Source of the DNA: Fidelibacterota bacterium
GTDB taxonomy: Bacteria > Fidelibacterota > Fidelibacteria > Fidelibacterales > Fidelibacteraceae
Length of the DNA: 42,606 bases
NCBI GenBank assembly: GCA_034723415.1
Contig: JAYEOX010000087.1
Coordinates: forward strand, 1-42,606
Direction of reading: 5' to 3'
Shown: piece after piece, positions 29,972 through 40,394 of the stretch
Numbering within the stretch: the first letter of the stretch is position 1
Layout of the letters: every line of letters starts with the position of its first letter
The notes under the pieces: model-generated
What the model was told of the DNA's origin: nothing
Seen by the model: the letters and a program-made list of their open reading frames with translations, nothing else
Databases searched by the model: none
Made by a program: the position numbers and the translations under genes

Positions 29972-31117
29972 ATGAAAAAAATTGGTATTTTAGGTTCTAC
30001 CGGTTCAATTGGAAAGAATACATTGAAAATTATCGAGAGCAATCCTGATAAATTTGAATTAATTTACATAACTGCAAAGACACAAGTTGAATTATTAATT
30101 GAACAGGCAAAAAAATTCAAGCCTAAATATGTTGCAATTGCCGATGAAGATAATTTTTCTTTATTAAAATCCGAGTTGAAACAATTGAATATAAAAGTAA
30201 TGAGTGGTTATAATTCAATTATTGAAATCGCCGGATTGAAGGAAGTTAATGTTGTTGTAAATGCAATAGTCGGCAGTAAAGGAATGCAACCGTCTGTTTC
30301 AGCTTGTAAAAACGGAGTTGATATCGCGCTGAGTAATAAAGAAAGTTTGGTAATGGCCGGTGATTATTTGTATTCTCTCGCAGATAAAAGTGGAACGGAA
30401 ATCTTTCCGGTAGATAGTGAACATTCGGCTATTTGGCAATGTCTTCAGGGAGAAAAACCTGAAAATATTCGGAAGATAATTTTAACTGGATCTGGCGGAC
30501 CATTTTTGAATAGAGATTTAAATACTTTTGGAAATATTACAGTCAAAGATGCACTTAAACATCCAAATTGGTCAATGGGCAAAAAAATAACCATCGATTC
30601 GGCAACAATGATGAATAAGGGATTGGAAATAATTGAAGCACATCATCTTTTTAAAATTCCACAAAGTAAAATAGAAGTTGTGATTCATCCACAATCAATT
30701 ATTCATAGTATGGTTGAATTTAATGATAGCTCTGTGAAAGCACAATTAGGTTTGCCGGATATGAAGTTGCCTATTCAATATGCTCTTAGTTATCCTGAAA
30801 GATATAGTGCTAATTGGGAATCGTTGGATCTTGTGAAGTTGAAGGAGTTAACTTTTTTCTCTCCCGATACTGGAAAATTTCCATCATTACAATTAGCTTT
30901 AAATGCTTTAGAATCAGGTGATACTTATCCGGTGGTATTGAATGTTGCCAATGAACAGGCAGTATATTTATTCATAGAAAATAAGATCAAATTTACAGAT
31001 ATTCCAAAAATTGTTGAAAAAATGTTAAATAGACACAAATCGATAAAAAATGCAGATATAGATACAATTTTAGATGTGGAAAATGAAGTTAGTAATTTTG
31101 TAAATTCAATTGTATAA
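29972..31117 (+). CDS. dxr: 1-deoxy-D-xylulose-5-phosphate reductoisomerase
   Basis: LGSTGSIG, NKESLV, PVDSEHSA, HPNWSMGKKITIDSATMMNKGLE. Confidence 0.97.
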   Translation: MKKIGILGSTGSIGKNTLKIIESNPDKFELIYITAKTQVELLIEQAKKFKPKYVAIADEDNFSLLKSELKQLNIKVMSGYNSIIEIAGLKEVNVVVNAIVGSKGMQPSVSACKNGVDIALSNKESLVMAGDYLYSLADKSGTEIFPVDSEHSAIWQCLQGEKPENIRKIILTGSGGPFLNRDLNTFGNITVKDALKHPNWSMGKKITIDSATMMNKGLEIIEAHHLFKIPQSKIEVVIHPQSIIHSMVEFNDSSVKAQLGLPDMKLPIQYALSYPERYSANWESLDLVKLKELTFFSPDTGKFPSLQLALNALESGDTYPVVLNVANEQAVYLFIENKIKFTDIPKIVEKMLNRHKSIKNADIDTILDVENEVSNFVNSIV

Positions 31118-31139
31118 ATTAAATGATTAGAGAAAATAA

Positions 31140-33635
31140 TTGAAACAAATAGATAAATTAAAATTGGATAAAATATTATCGCAAGTTAGAAAACCCGGCA
31201 GATACTGTGGCGGTGAATTCAATATGGTCAAGAAAGATCATAGTAAAGTTGATGTGAAAATATGTCTGATATATCCGGATATTTATGATATTGGTATGTC
31301 ATTTTTCGGTTACCAATTATTATATCATTTGATCAATGCTGAAAAATCATTTGTTGCTGAAAGAAGTTATTCACCTTGGTTTGATATGGAAGAATTGATG
31401 AGGTCGGAAAATTTACCTTTGTATTCTTTAGAAACACTTACTCCATTATCAGAATTTGACCTTTTAGGATTTACATTACAATATGAAATGACCTATACAA
31501 ATATTTTAAACATTCTAAATCTATCGAAAATACCAATTTTTTCAAAAGATAGGAGTGAAGAGGATCCAATTATTATTGCAGGGGGTTCCGGAGCAGTAAA
31601 CCCCGAACCAACGAAAGATATTATCGATGTTTTTGTGCTTGGAGATGGTGAAGAAATAATTATTAAATTGATGAATAAAGTAAAAGAATATAAATTGCAA
31701 AATTATAAGCGTGATGATATTTTAAAGAATTTATCAAGTCCGGAAGATGGAATTTATATTCCTAAATATTTTCAAAAAGATAAAAATCAAAAAGTTGTAG
31801 CTAATAAGATTAAATCATTATCAAAAGAAAATTATTCAATAAAACCATTAGTGCCAATAAAGGAAATTGTTCAAGATAGATTGTCTTTGGAAGTTCAAAG
31901 AGGATGCACAGCCGGCTGTAGATTTTGTCAAGCAGGAATGATCTATCGTCCAATTAGAGAGCGTCCATACTCTGAATTGGCAAAATATACTAAAGATGCA
32001 TTGAAAAACACCGGATATGAAACTGTTTCTTTGCTGAGTTTATCAACGACTGACTATACCGGTTTAAACCCATATTTTTCATTGACGAAAGAGTATTTTA
32101 ATGAAAATAATATTTCTGTTTCATTACCTTCGTTGCGTCTGGATTCTTTTAATACTAAGATTGTAGATAATATAAATAATAATAAAAAATCCGGAATCAC
32201 ATTTGCTCCTGAAGCAGGCACACAGAGATTAAGGGATGTTATAAACAAAAATATTTCTGAAGAAGATCTTTTTTCTTCGGTAAAAGTTGCTTTGGAAAAT
32301 AATTACAAGACATTAAAATTTTATTTTATGATCGGATTACCCACCGAAACAGATAAAGATATTGCTGGTATAGTTGACTTGATCAAACGCATAAGTACAA
32401 TGTCAAAATCGCATGGTAGAATTAAGATAAATGTGTCAATATCAACTTTTATACCGAAACCAATGACTCCATTTCAATGGGAAAAGCAATTATTACCCGA
32501 TGAAGCTGATAGAAAAATTCAATATTTGAGAAAAGAATTGAAAAATACTAAAGTAAAATTGATGACAAATGATCCTTATGAATCGCTAATTGAAAGTATA
32601 TTATCGCGCGGTGATAGTATATTAAATTTAGTAATTTATGAAGTTTGGAAAAATGGTGGGAAATTTGATGCATGGAGTGAAAAATTTGATAAAGAATTAT
32701 GGTTGAAAGCATTAAGAAAATATAATATAGATCCATTGAAATTTACTGCAGAGAAAGATATTAACAAGCTATTACCGTGGGATTTTATTGATTACGGTGT
32801 AAAAAGAAATTTTTTGATTGCTGAGCGAGAAAAGGCATTTAAGATAGAAAACACAATTGATTGTAGAGACGGATGTTATTTTTGTGGTGTTTGTAATAGT
32901 GATTTAAAAATGTTGCAGAATGATACAAATATTTTTAATAATGAAGAAATTGATGAGGGGAAATCGAGGTTAGATATTGAGGAAGATAAAAAATTAGAAG
33001 ATGCTGAAGAATGGATTATCAGAATGAAATTTGCAAAAACAGGGTTAATTAAATATATTACACATCACGATTTATTTCGAATATTTCAAAGAAGTATAAA
33101 TATGTTAAATTTACCAATAAAATATTCTCAAGGTTTCAATCGTCGTCCAAAAATTTCTTTTGGTTTTCCAATTCCAATGAGTTATGCTGCATTTGAGGAA
33201 TATGTTGATATGATTTTTTTACGACCAATTTCTGATATTCGGAATAAATTTAATAAGATATTGCCAGAGGGATTGGAAATTATCTCTCGAGAACAAATTG
33301 AGAAAAATACTCCATCGATCATGGTAGCTACAGAAAAAATCATTTACAAAGTGAAATTTTATTCTGATATTAATATTGAAGAAATAAAAAAGAAATATTT
33401 CAATTTGATGGAAAATGATAATTTGAAAATAATAAGGAAAACAAAAAAGAAAATAAAGGAAATAAATTTAAAAGAATTTATTGAAAATCTTGAATTTGGA
33501 GAAAATTATATTATAATAGAATATAAAGTTGTAACTTCTAAGACAGCACGAGTTGTAGAATTGCTTAGATTGCTATTTGGAGAAAATATCCCAAAATTTC
33601 AAGGTGAAAGATTAAAAGTTATTTTAAAAAAATAA
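31140..33635 (+). CDS. TIGR03960-type radical SAM protein fused to a TIGR03936-type radical-SAM-linked domain
   Basis: KPGRYCGGE, RGCTAGCRFCQAG, TFAPEAG, FMIGLPTET, C-terminal CxxC..CGVC; second domain KYITHHD...YSQGFNRRPKISF. Confidence 0.88.
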   Translation: MKQIDKLKLDKILSQVRKPGRYCGGEFNMVKKDHSKVDVKICLIYPDIYDIGMSFFGYQLLYHLINAEKSFVAERSYSPWFDMEELMRSENLPLYSLETLTPLSEFDLLGFTLQYEMTYTNILNILNLSKIPIFSKDRSEEDPIIIAGGSGAVNPEPTKDIIDVFVLGDGEEIIIKLMNKVKEYKLQNYKRDDILKNLSSPEDGIYIPKYFQKDKNQKVVANKIKSLSKENYSIKPLVPIKEIVQDRLSLEVQRGCTAGCRFCQAGMIYRPIRERPYSELAKYTKDALKNTGYETVSLLSLSTTDYTGLNPYFSLTKEYFNENNISVSLPSLRLDSFNTKIVDNINNNKKSGITFAPEAGTQRLRDVINKNISEEDLFSSVKVALENNYKTLKFYFMIGLPTETDKDIAGIVDLIKRISTMSKSHGRIKINVSISTFIPKPMTPFQWEKQLLPDEADRKIQYLRKELKNTKVKLMTNDPYESLIESILSRGDSILNLVIYEVWKNGGKFDAWSEKFDKELWLKALRKYNIDPLKFTAEKDINKLLPWDFIDYGVKRNFLIAEREKAFKIENTIDCRDGCYFCGVCNSDLKMLQNDTNIFNNEEIDEGKSRLDIEEDKKLEDAEEWIIRMKFAKTGLIKYITHHDLFRIFQRSINMLNLPIKYSQGFNRRPKISFGFPIPMSYAAFEEYVDMIFLRPISDIRNKFNKILPEGLEIISREQIEKNTPSIMVATEKIIYKVKFYSDINIEEIKKKYFNLMENDNLKIIRKTKKKIKEINLKEFIENLEFGENYIIIEYKVVTSKTARVVELLRLLFGENIPKFQGERLKVILKK

Positions 33636-33651
33636 GGAAAATATAATTTAT

Positions 33652-35169
33652 ATGGAAAAAGAAATTTTTATTAGTGAAACATCACTAGAAAGTAAAATTG
33701 CAATTTTAGAAGATAAGCAATTGGTAGAGTTATATATTGAAACTCCAAACAAGTATAGGATGATTTCAAATATTTACTACGGGAAAATAGAAAAAGTAAT
33801 TGATGGTATAGGGGCGGCATTTATTGCAATTGGGGAGAAGCAAAATGCTTTTTTACCATTTTCGCAAATTACTAAAAAACATGGGTTACCAAGAAAAAAG
33901 GAGCGTATTAATGGAGCAGGATCTCCGACTATTGAACCACCAATTCGTTCTTCAAAAGACCTTAAAGAAGGTAAATATATTTTAGTACAGATAAATAAGG
34001 AACCCTATTTTAAAAAAGGTCCTGGAGTAACAACTGATGTCTCTTTAGCCGGAAGATATTCTGTTTTAGTGCCTTTTTCAAAAAATATTGGTATTTCAAA
34101 AAAAATAAAAAGTAGAACAAAACGATCATCGTTAAAGAAAATGGCAGAGGAATTAATTCCCGATGGTTTTGGATTAATAATTCGTACCGAGGCGGAAGAT
34201 AAAGAAATTGAATACATAAAAGATGATGTAAAAAAATTATTAAACAGTTGGAAAGAGTTAGAAAAAAATGTGAAAAATGCTAATACAGCACAATTAGTTC
34301 ATAAGGAAATGGGTACTTCCTCGTCCGTAATACGAGATTTATTCACTTCCGAAGTAGATAGAGTGATAATTGATAGTAAAAGTAAATATAAAGATATTAA
34401 ATCGTATGTTGGTGATATTGATGAAAAATTATTGGGAAGAATATTTTATCATAAAAGTGGTTCATTATTTGGAGAATATGGGATATCTAAACAGATAGAA
34501 AAATATTTACGCAGGAAAGTATGGCTAAAAAATAGCAGTTATTTGATCATTGAACAGACAGAGGCATTATTGTCAATTGATGTCAATAGTGGGAGATTTG
34601 TTGGGAACAAAAACCGGGAAGAAAATATTTTAAAAGTCAATTTAGTAGCAGCTAATGAAATTGCTCGGCAACTGAGATTAAGAAATAACGGTGGTTTAAT
34701 TGTAATTGATTTTATTGATTTAACTAAAGCAAAAAATAAGGTGAAATTAGAAAACGAATTAAAGAAAGAATTGAAAAAAGATAGGGCGGTTACTACAGTT
34801 GCTAAATTGTCAAAATTCGGATTGTTGGAAATGACCAGACAAAGAATTAGAAATTCACTTATTTTTAGTATGAGTGATGTATGTCCAGTTTGCCATGGTA
34901 ATGGAAGAATTCCATCAAAACAAAGCATGATCTCTAAAATAGAAATGTGGATCAAGAGATTCCGCTTACATAATAAAGCAAAAAGAGTATTTGTTCATGT
35001 TCATCCAAATTTATTGGAATATATTAATCAAAATCATAGAAAATTATTTCGCAGGATACAATGGAAGCACTTAATAAAAATATCTTTTATTGAAGATGCT
35101 GAAATAAATATTGGTGAATTTAAAATATTCATGAAAAAGAATAGTGATGAAGTAACAGAAAAATATTAA
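33652..35169 (+). CDS. rng: Ribonuclease E/G family
   Basis: S1 domain, IDVNSG, EIARQLRLRN.GGLIVIDFID, GLLEMTRQR, CPVC.G.G. Confidence 0.93.
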   Translation: MEKEIFISETSLESKIAILEDKQLVELYIETPNKYRMISNIYYGKIEKVIDGIGAAFIAIGEKQNAFLPFSQITKKHGLPRKKERINGAGSPTIEPPIRSSKDLKEGKYILVQINKEPYFKKGPGVTTDVSLAGRYSVLVPFSKNIGISKKIKSRTKRSSLKKMAEELIPDGFGLIIRTEAEDKEIEYIKDDVKKLLNSWKELEKNVKNANTAQLVHKEMGTSSSVIRDLFTSEVDRVIIDSKSKYKDIKSYVGDIDEKLLGRIFYHKSGSLFGEYGISKQIEKYLRRKVWLKNSSYLIIEQTEALLSIDVNSGRFVGNKNREENILKVNLVAANEIARQLRLRNNGGLIVIDFIDLTKAKNKVKLENELKKELKKDRAVTTVAKLSKFGLLEMTRQRIRNSLIFSMSDVCPVCHGNGRIPSKQSMISKIEMWIKRFRLHNKAKRVFVHVHPNLLEYINQNHRKLFRRIQWKHLIKISFIEDAEINIGEFKIFMKKNSDEVTEKY

Positions 35170-35204
35170 TAAATTTGATTTATAAATACAAATAATCTCA
35201 AAAA

Positions 35205-36056
35205 ATGAATAATTTATCAAATATAGAAATAATAAAAAAACGACATTCTGTTAGAAGTTTCAAAAATAAGCAATTATCAGACAGGGTGATACAATTAATA
35301 ACTGCAAAAATTGACTCATTACAATCTGGTTATTTCCAAAATGAAATAAAATTTTATTTGGTTGATAAATCTAATTTACAAAACAGAATAAAATTTGGAA
35401 CTTATGGAATTTTCAAAAGAACAAAATATTTTTTAGTAAGTGTTATAAATGAAAATGATTGTAATGATCAAGTTTACGAAGATTTGGGCTATTTATTTGA
35501 ATTGTTAATTTTATATGTAACGGGATTAGAATTAGGATCTTGTTGGGTTTGTGGAACATTTAATCGGAAAAAATTTAGCGAGGCATTAGAATTAGATGAT
35601 AATGAAGTAATTCCGGCTATTTGTCCAATTGGATATTCGGCAGAAAATCTTAGTATTCGTGAAAAAATAATGAAAAGAATAGCAAGATCCAATAGTAGAA
35701 AACCTTGGCATCAGTTATTTTTTGAGGATAGTCTATCAAAGCCGTTAATACAAGATTTTGTTGGAAAATATTCGATCCCGTTAGAAATGGTTAGATTAGC
35801 ACCATCTGCTAGAAACATACAACCTTGGAGAATAATAAAAGTTGGAATTTATTTTCATTTTTATTTAGAGAGAATGTCAAATTCTTTATCAATATTTGAT
35901 TCTTATGATTTCCATTTAGTTGATACTGGAATTGCAATGGCACATTTTGAATTATCTGCAAAAGAGTTGAATTTAAGCGGAAAATGGATAAATAATGATC
36001 CGAAAATTAATTTAGAAAATAAACTTGAATATATAATAAGCTGGGAAACTGAATAA
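35205..36056 (+). CDS. Nitroreductase family protein (two-domain)
   Basis: KRHSVRSF, LGSCW, VRLAPSARNIQPWR, DTGIAMAHF. Confidence 0.88.
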   Translation: MNNLSNIEIIKKRHSVRSFKNKQLSDRVIQLITAKIDSLQSGYFQNEIKFYLVDKSNLQNRIKFGTYGIFKRTKYFLVSVINENDCNDQVYEDLGYLFELLILYVTGLELGSCWVCGTFNRKKFSEALELDDNEVIPAICPIGYSAENLSIREKIMKRIARSNSRKPWHQLFFEDSLSKPLIQDFVGKYSIPLEMVRLAPSARNIQPWRIIKVGIYFHFYLERMSNSLSIFDSYDFHLVDTGIAMAHFELSAKELNLSGKWINNDPKINLENKLEYIISWETE

Positions 36057-37925
36057 ATGCAAAAAATTAGAATTTTACCTGAAAATTTAGCAAATAAAAT
36101 TGCAGCCGGTGAAGTGATTCAACGACCTGCATCTGTTATAAAAGAATTGATTGAAAATAGTATTGATTCTGGTGCTGATGAAATTATTATTTATATAAAA
36201 AATGGTGGAAGAGATCTTATTCAAATAGTTGATAATGGTGAAGGAATGAGTGAAGATGATCTTCTGTTAGCATTTGAACCACATGCGACAAGTAAAATAT
36301 TTGAATTGCATGATCTGGAAAAAATTCAAACATTGGGCTTTAGAGGAGAAGCTTTACCAAGTATCGGTTCTGTTTCGATGGTGGAAGCAAGATCATGTCA
36401 AGACGATTCTCAAGAGGGAAGACAATTAATTATTAGAGGTGGAGCTATTAAAACATTGGAACCGATGCCAATGAAACGTGGAAGTAGTATTTTTGTTCGA
36501 AAGTTATTTTTTAATACACCGGCGAGAAGGAAATTTTTAAAATCGGCAAATACAGAATATCGTCATGTAATTGAGGTAATTAGAAAATTTGCATTAGGAT
36601 ATCCAGAGGTAAAATTTCAATTTTATTCAAATGATTCGGAGATCTTTAATTTAAAGAAAAATGATCTGAAAAATAGAATTGGAGAATTATTTACAAAAAA
36701 TCATGTTAAAAAATTAATCCCAATAGGTAATTCTAAAGATGGAATTTTACTAAATGGATTTGTTGGGAATTTGGACTTAGTTAGAAAAAAAAGTGTTGAA
36801 CAATATTTGTTCGTAAATGATCGTTTAATTGTTGATAGAATGATGAATAGTGCCGTCTATTCTGCCTATGGCAGTTTAATTAAAAGGGGAGAGTTTCCAT
36901 TTTTCGTTTTGAAATTAAAATTAAATCCTGAGGAAATTGATGTAAACGTTCATCCTTCAAAGACAGAAATAAAATTTCAAAATGGATGGCAGATCTATCA
37001 ATTTATTAAAAATAGTGTAATGTCAAAGCTTGGAAAAGTCAAGGATATGATTCCTCAAATGTCAAAATTTCCACAGAATGATTTTATAGGCGACTCATAT
37101 CAAAACAGAAATAAACAATTGAACAAATTTGACAAATACACATTTGGAACAAAAAATATTCAAGGAAATAAACCATTAAGTGATAATGAATTGCAATCAC
37201 AATTATCATTACAAATGACACATAAAAAACAAAATATTATAGATGAATCGTTTGATAGAAAAGAATCAAATATTGAAAAAGAATTTTCTTTTGATGATAG
37301 AATCAATCGTTTTAAATCAAGTTTAGATGATCTGAATAATATTACTAAAGATGTTCCATATTCAAATTTATGGCAAGTGCATAATAAATATATTATGGCT
37401 CAAATTTCTAGTGGCGTAATAGTTATTGATCAACATGTTGCTCATGAAAGAATTTTATTTGAACAAGCATTAAAATTTTTTAATGATTCTTTACATAGAA
37501 GTAGCCAGCAGTTACTGTTTCCTGTGTCGTTAGAATTAAAGCCTGATGATTTTTCGATCTTACTTGATATTTTACCATCGTTACAAAAGTTGGGTTTTTC
37601 GATGAGGAAATTTGGTAAAAATACAATTATTCTTGAAGCAATTCCATCAAATGTTCAAAAGTTAAGTGAAGAGAAAATTATTTTGGAAATTCTTGATGAC
37701 TATAAAAAAAATCATAATGTAAATAACCCGATTACATATAAAGTTGCGGCTTCCTATGCATGCAAAGCAGCAATAAAAGCAGGTGAAAAATTAGAGATAG
37801 ATGAAATGCAAAGATTGATAGATGAACTTTTTCAAACTGAAAATCCCTATTTCTGTCCACACGGCAGACCGGTGATAGTTAATTTATCATTAGATGAATT
37901 GGATAAGAGATTTGAAAGAAAGTAG
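36057..37925 (+). CDS. mutL: DNA mismatch repair endonuclease MutL
   Basis: IAAGEV, GFRGEAL, DVNVHPSK, DQHVAHERILFE endonuclease motif, ACKAAIK, CPHGRP. Confidence 0.97.
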   Translation: MQKIRILPENLANKIAAGEVIQRPASVIKELIENSIDSGADEIIIYIKNGGRDLIQIVDNGEGMSEDDLLLAFEPHATSKIFELHDLEKIQTLGFRGEALPSIGSVSMVEARSCQDDSQEGRQLIIRGGAIKTLEPMPMKRGSSIFVRKLFFNTPARRKFLKSANTEYRHVIEVIRKFALGYPEVKFQFYSNDSEIFNLKKNDLKNRIGELFTKNHVKKLIPIGNSKDGILLNGFVGNLDLVRKKSVEQYLFVNDRLIVDRMMNSAVYSAYGSLIKRGEFPFFVLKLKLNPEEIDVNVHPSKTEIKFQNGWQIYQFIKNSVMSKLGKVKDMIPQMSKFPQNDFIGDSYQNRNKQLNKFDKYTFGTKNIQGNKPLSDNELQSQLSLQMTHKKQNIIDESFDRKESNIEKEFSFDDRINRFKSSLDDLNNITKDVPYSNLWQVHNKYIMAQISSGVIVIDQHVAHERILFEQALKFFNDSLHRSSQQLLFPVSLELKPDDFSILLDILPSLQKLGFSMRKFGKNTIILEAIPSNVQKLSEEKIILEILDDYKKNHNVNNPITYKVAASYACKAAIKAGEKLEIDEMQRLIDELFQTENPYFCPHGRPVIVNLSLDELDKRFERK

Positions 37926-38051
37926 GAAATTAGCAACTAACAAAAATTAACGACGATATTTATAGTAATAGAAAAACTTTGTGACTTGATAGGAATTAGT
38001 GTAAATTTATAAATATTTAATTTTATTTCTTTACGATTCTATGGCAAGAAT

Positions 38052-38657
38052 TCAAAATTTAGATAATTCTCTCAATGAAATTTTGACAATTTCTTCTATT
38101 GTTATTTTAGGATTTTCTTGTATTAATTTGTTTACAATTTCTTGAATGCTTGTTCTTTTAAAACCCAATGATTCAAGAGCCATTATCGATTCTTTTGCGA
38201 GTGATTTGTATTTTTCAGGAATTGTTGATGTGGTAGTTAACCCTGATAATTCTTCAGCTGTGAATTTGTCTTTTAATTCAATAGTTATTCTATTAGCTGT
38301 TTTGGGACCAATTCCTGGTAACCGACTTAATGCTTTATGATCTTCTTCAAATATATATTTTTTTAAATTATTTACTTTTACCGCTGATAAAATATTAACA
38401 ACTTTTTTTGGTCCGATTTTGGGAATTCCAATTAATTTTAAAAACAGATTTTTTTCTTGCATATCGTAAAATCCATAAAGCATTAAAATATCTTCTCGTA
38501 CATGCAAATATGTGTATAAAAAACATTCATCACCTTCATTGCCAATTGCATCATAAGTTTGAGCAGAAATTGTTATTTCAATTGCAAATCCACCTTGTTG
38601 AACAATAATTTTATTTGGAAATTTCTTAATTATTTCGCCTGTAATACTATAGATCAT
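38052..38657 (-). CDS. ruvA: Holliday junction branch migration protein RuvA
   Basis: HVRED..LYGF, IGPK, LPGIGPKTA.RI..ELKDK, ALESLGF. Confidence 0.95.
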   Translation of the reverse strand: MIYSITGEIIKKFPNKIIVQQGGFAIEITISAQTYDAIGNEGDECFLYTYLHVREDILMLYGFYDMQEKNLFLKLIGIPKIGPKKVVNILSAVKVNNLKKYIFEEDHKALSRLPGIGPKTANRITIELKDKFTAEELSGLTTTSTIPEKYKSLAKESIMALESLGFKRTSIQEIVNKLIQENPKITIEEIVKISLRELSKF

Positions 38658-38685
38658 TTTTTTTATCCGTTTATTTTATTAATAT

Positions 38686-39174
38686 TTATTTCATTAATTC
38701 TTTAAATTTGTGTTGATTAAAAAAAGTAATTGCTGTAGCAAGAGCATCTGAAATATCAAGAGATTTTGGAATGTTATTTGTCTCCAACAAATGTTCAACC
38801 ATGTATTTTACTTGTTTTTTTGAAGCAGCGCCATTTCCTGTAATTGATTTTTTAATTAGACGAGTGGCATATTCGTAAATAGGTATTTCCAATATTTGAG
38901 CGGCTAATATTAATGCTCCGCGTGCATGACCAAGTATAAGAGATGATCTTGCATTTATATTTACAAAAGTTTCTTCGATCGCAAAAATATCCGGAGAATG
39001 TTCTTCAATAATATCTGACATATTTGAATAAAGTATTTCTAATCTTTTAGGAAATGATTGTGTTGTTTTTGTCGTTATTGTTCCGGCTGTGATGAAACTC
39101 AAATTTTGTTTATTAGTTTTGATCAAACCATATCCCGTAGTATTTAAGCCGGGATCTACTCCAAGAATTTTCAA
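38686..39174 (-). CDS. ruvC: Crossover junction endodeoxyribonuclease RuvC
   Basis: ILGVDPG, AIEETF, LGHARG, TGNGAASK, DISDALA; the TTG start overlaps the yebC TGA. Confidence 0.95.
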   Translation of the reverse strand: MKILGVDPGLNTTGYGLIKTNKQNLSFITAGTITTKTTQSFPKRLEILYSNMSDIIEEHSPDIFAIEETFVNINARSSLILGHARGALILAAQILEIPIYEYATRLIKKSITGNGAASKKQVKYMVEHLLETNNIPKSLDISDALATAITFFNQHKFKELMK

Positions 39175-39929
39175 TTTGTTTCTTTCTCTAATTTAGTTAA
39201 TATTTCTTTACTGATATCGGAATTGTCCCATACTTTTTGGATATCATCATGATCGTCCAATAATTCGTAAAGTTTAAAGAATTTTTCAGCTTCTTCGTAA
39301 TTTAATTTTATTGTTGTACCGGGTATTTGTTCAATATCAGCATTTTCAATTGGATATTTTTTTGACTTTAAATCTTCTTTTACACTATTAAAATCTTTAT
39401 TAGATGTGATAATTTCAAAATGATCATTATCCTGAATTACATCTTCCGCACCGGAATCTAAAGCATCCATCATCAAGCTATCTTCATCAACATTTTCATT
39501 TTTTATTATTATTTTTCCCTTTCTATTAAAGTTCCAAGAGACAGAACCGGATTCTCCGAGGTTGCCACCGAATTTAGTTAAAAGATGTCTAATTTCAGAA
39601 ACTGTTCTTTGTTTATTATCCGTCATTATTTCCAATATTAAGGCAACTCCATTTGGTCCATAACCTTCATAAGTATATTCATCATAATGTACACCCTCTA
39701 ATTCGCCGGTTCCTTTCTTTATTGCTCTTTCGACATTATCAAATGGGATGTTATTTGATTTTGCATTATCAACAGCGGTTCTAAGTCGAGGATTGGCGTC
39801 TTGATCACCACCGGCGGTACGAGCAGCAACAGTTATTTCTTTTAAGATCTTTGTAAATATTTTGCCTCGTTTAGCATCAGCCGCCGCCTTTTTATGTTTA
39901 ATATTTGCCCATTTAGAATGTCCGGACAT
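39171..39929 (-). CDS. yebC: YebC/PmpR family protein
   Basis: MSGHSKWANIKHKK start at 39929 after AAGGAG, YEGYGPNG, TDNKQRT, DDHDDIQ. Confidence 0.96.
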   Translation of the reverse strand: MSGHSKWANIKHKKAAADAKRGKIFTKILKEITVAARTAGGDQDANPRLRTAVDNAKSNNIPFDNVERAIKKGTGELEGVHYDEYTYEGYGPNGVALILEIMTDNKQRTVSEIRHLLTKFGGNLGESGSVSWNFNRKGKIIIKNENVDEDSLMMDALDSGAEDVIQDNDHFEIITSNKDFNSVKEDLKSKKYPIENADIEQIPGTTIKLNYEEAEKFFKLYELLDDHDDIQKVWDNSDISKEILTKLEKETN

Positions 39930-40139
39930 TTTTACTCCTTTAAAATATTTTTCTTTTTGCATATCACGCTTAGAATATAATAAATATTTTTTAAATTTCA
40001 CAGAATATTTATAATTAGAAATCATAAAACGCAGATAAAGTAGATTTACATAGATTTATATAAAATAAATTAAATTATTGTATTATTTATAGAATATTTA
40101 TAAATTTAAGCTTAAATAAATAAGGAGAGGAGAGAAACG

Positions 40140-40385
40140 ATGGAAAAAGAAAAAGTCGAAGCAAAAGTCAAAAAAACAATAGCGAAAGTTTTGCAAAAAA
40201 ATGAAAGTGAGATAGCATCCGATGCTAATTTTATTTTCGATCTTGGTGCCGATTCAATGCAGAGTTTACAATTAGTTGCTGGTTTTGAAGAAGAATTTAA
40301 TATTGAGATGGATGAAGACGATGCATTAGAAATCCAAAGCGTTAAAGATGCAGTAGAATTTATAGGTGGAATTGTTAATAAATAA
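40140..40385 (+). CDS. Acyl carrier protein
   Basis: DLGADSM phosphopantetheine site, FEEEFNIEM; acidic, 81 aa. Confidence 0.9.
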   Translation: MEKEKVEAKVKKTIAKVLQKNESEIASDANFIFDLGADSMQSLQLVAGFEEEFNIEMDEDDALEIQSVKDAVEFIGGIVNK

Positions 40386-40394
40386 GGAATTTCG

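Noticed and set aside
39930..40025. 32-aa N-terminal extension of YebC
   Set aside because: The family-typical MSGHSKW start at 39929 has an AAGGAG RBS.
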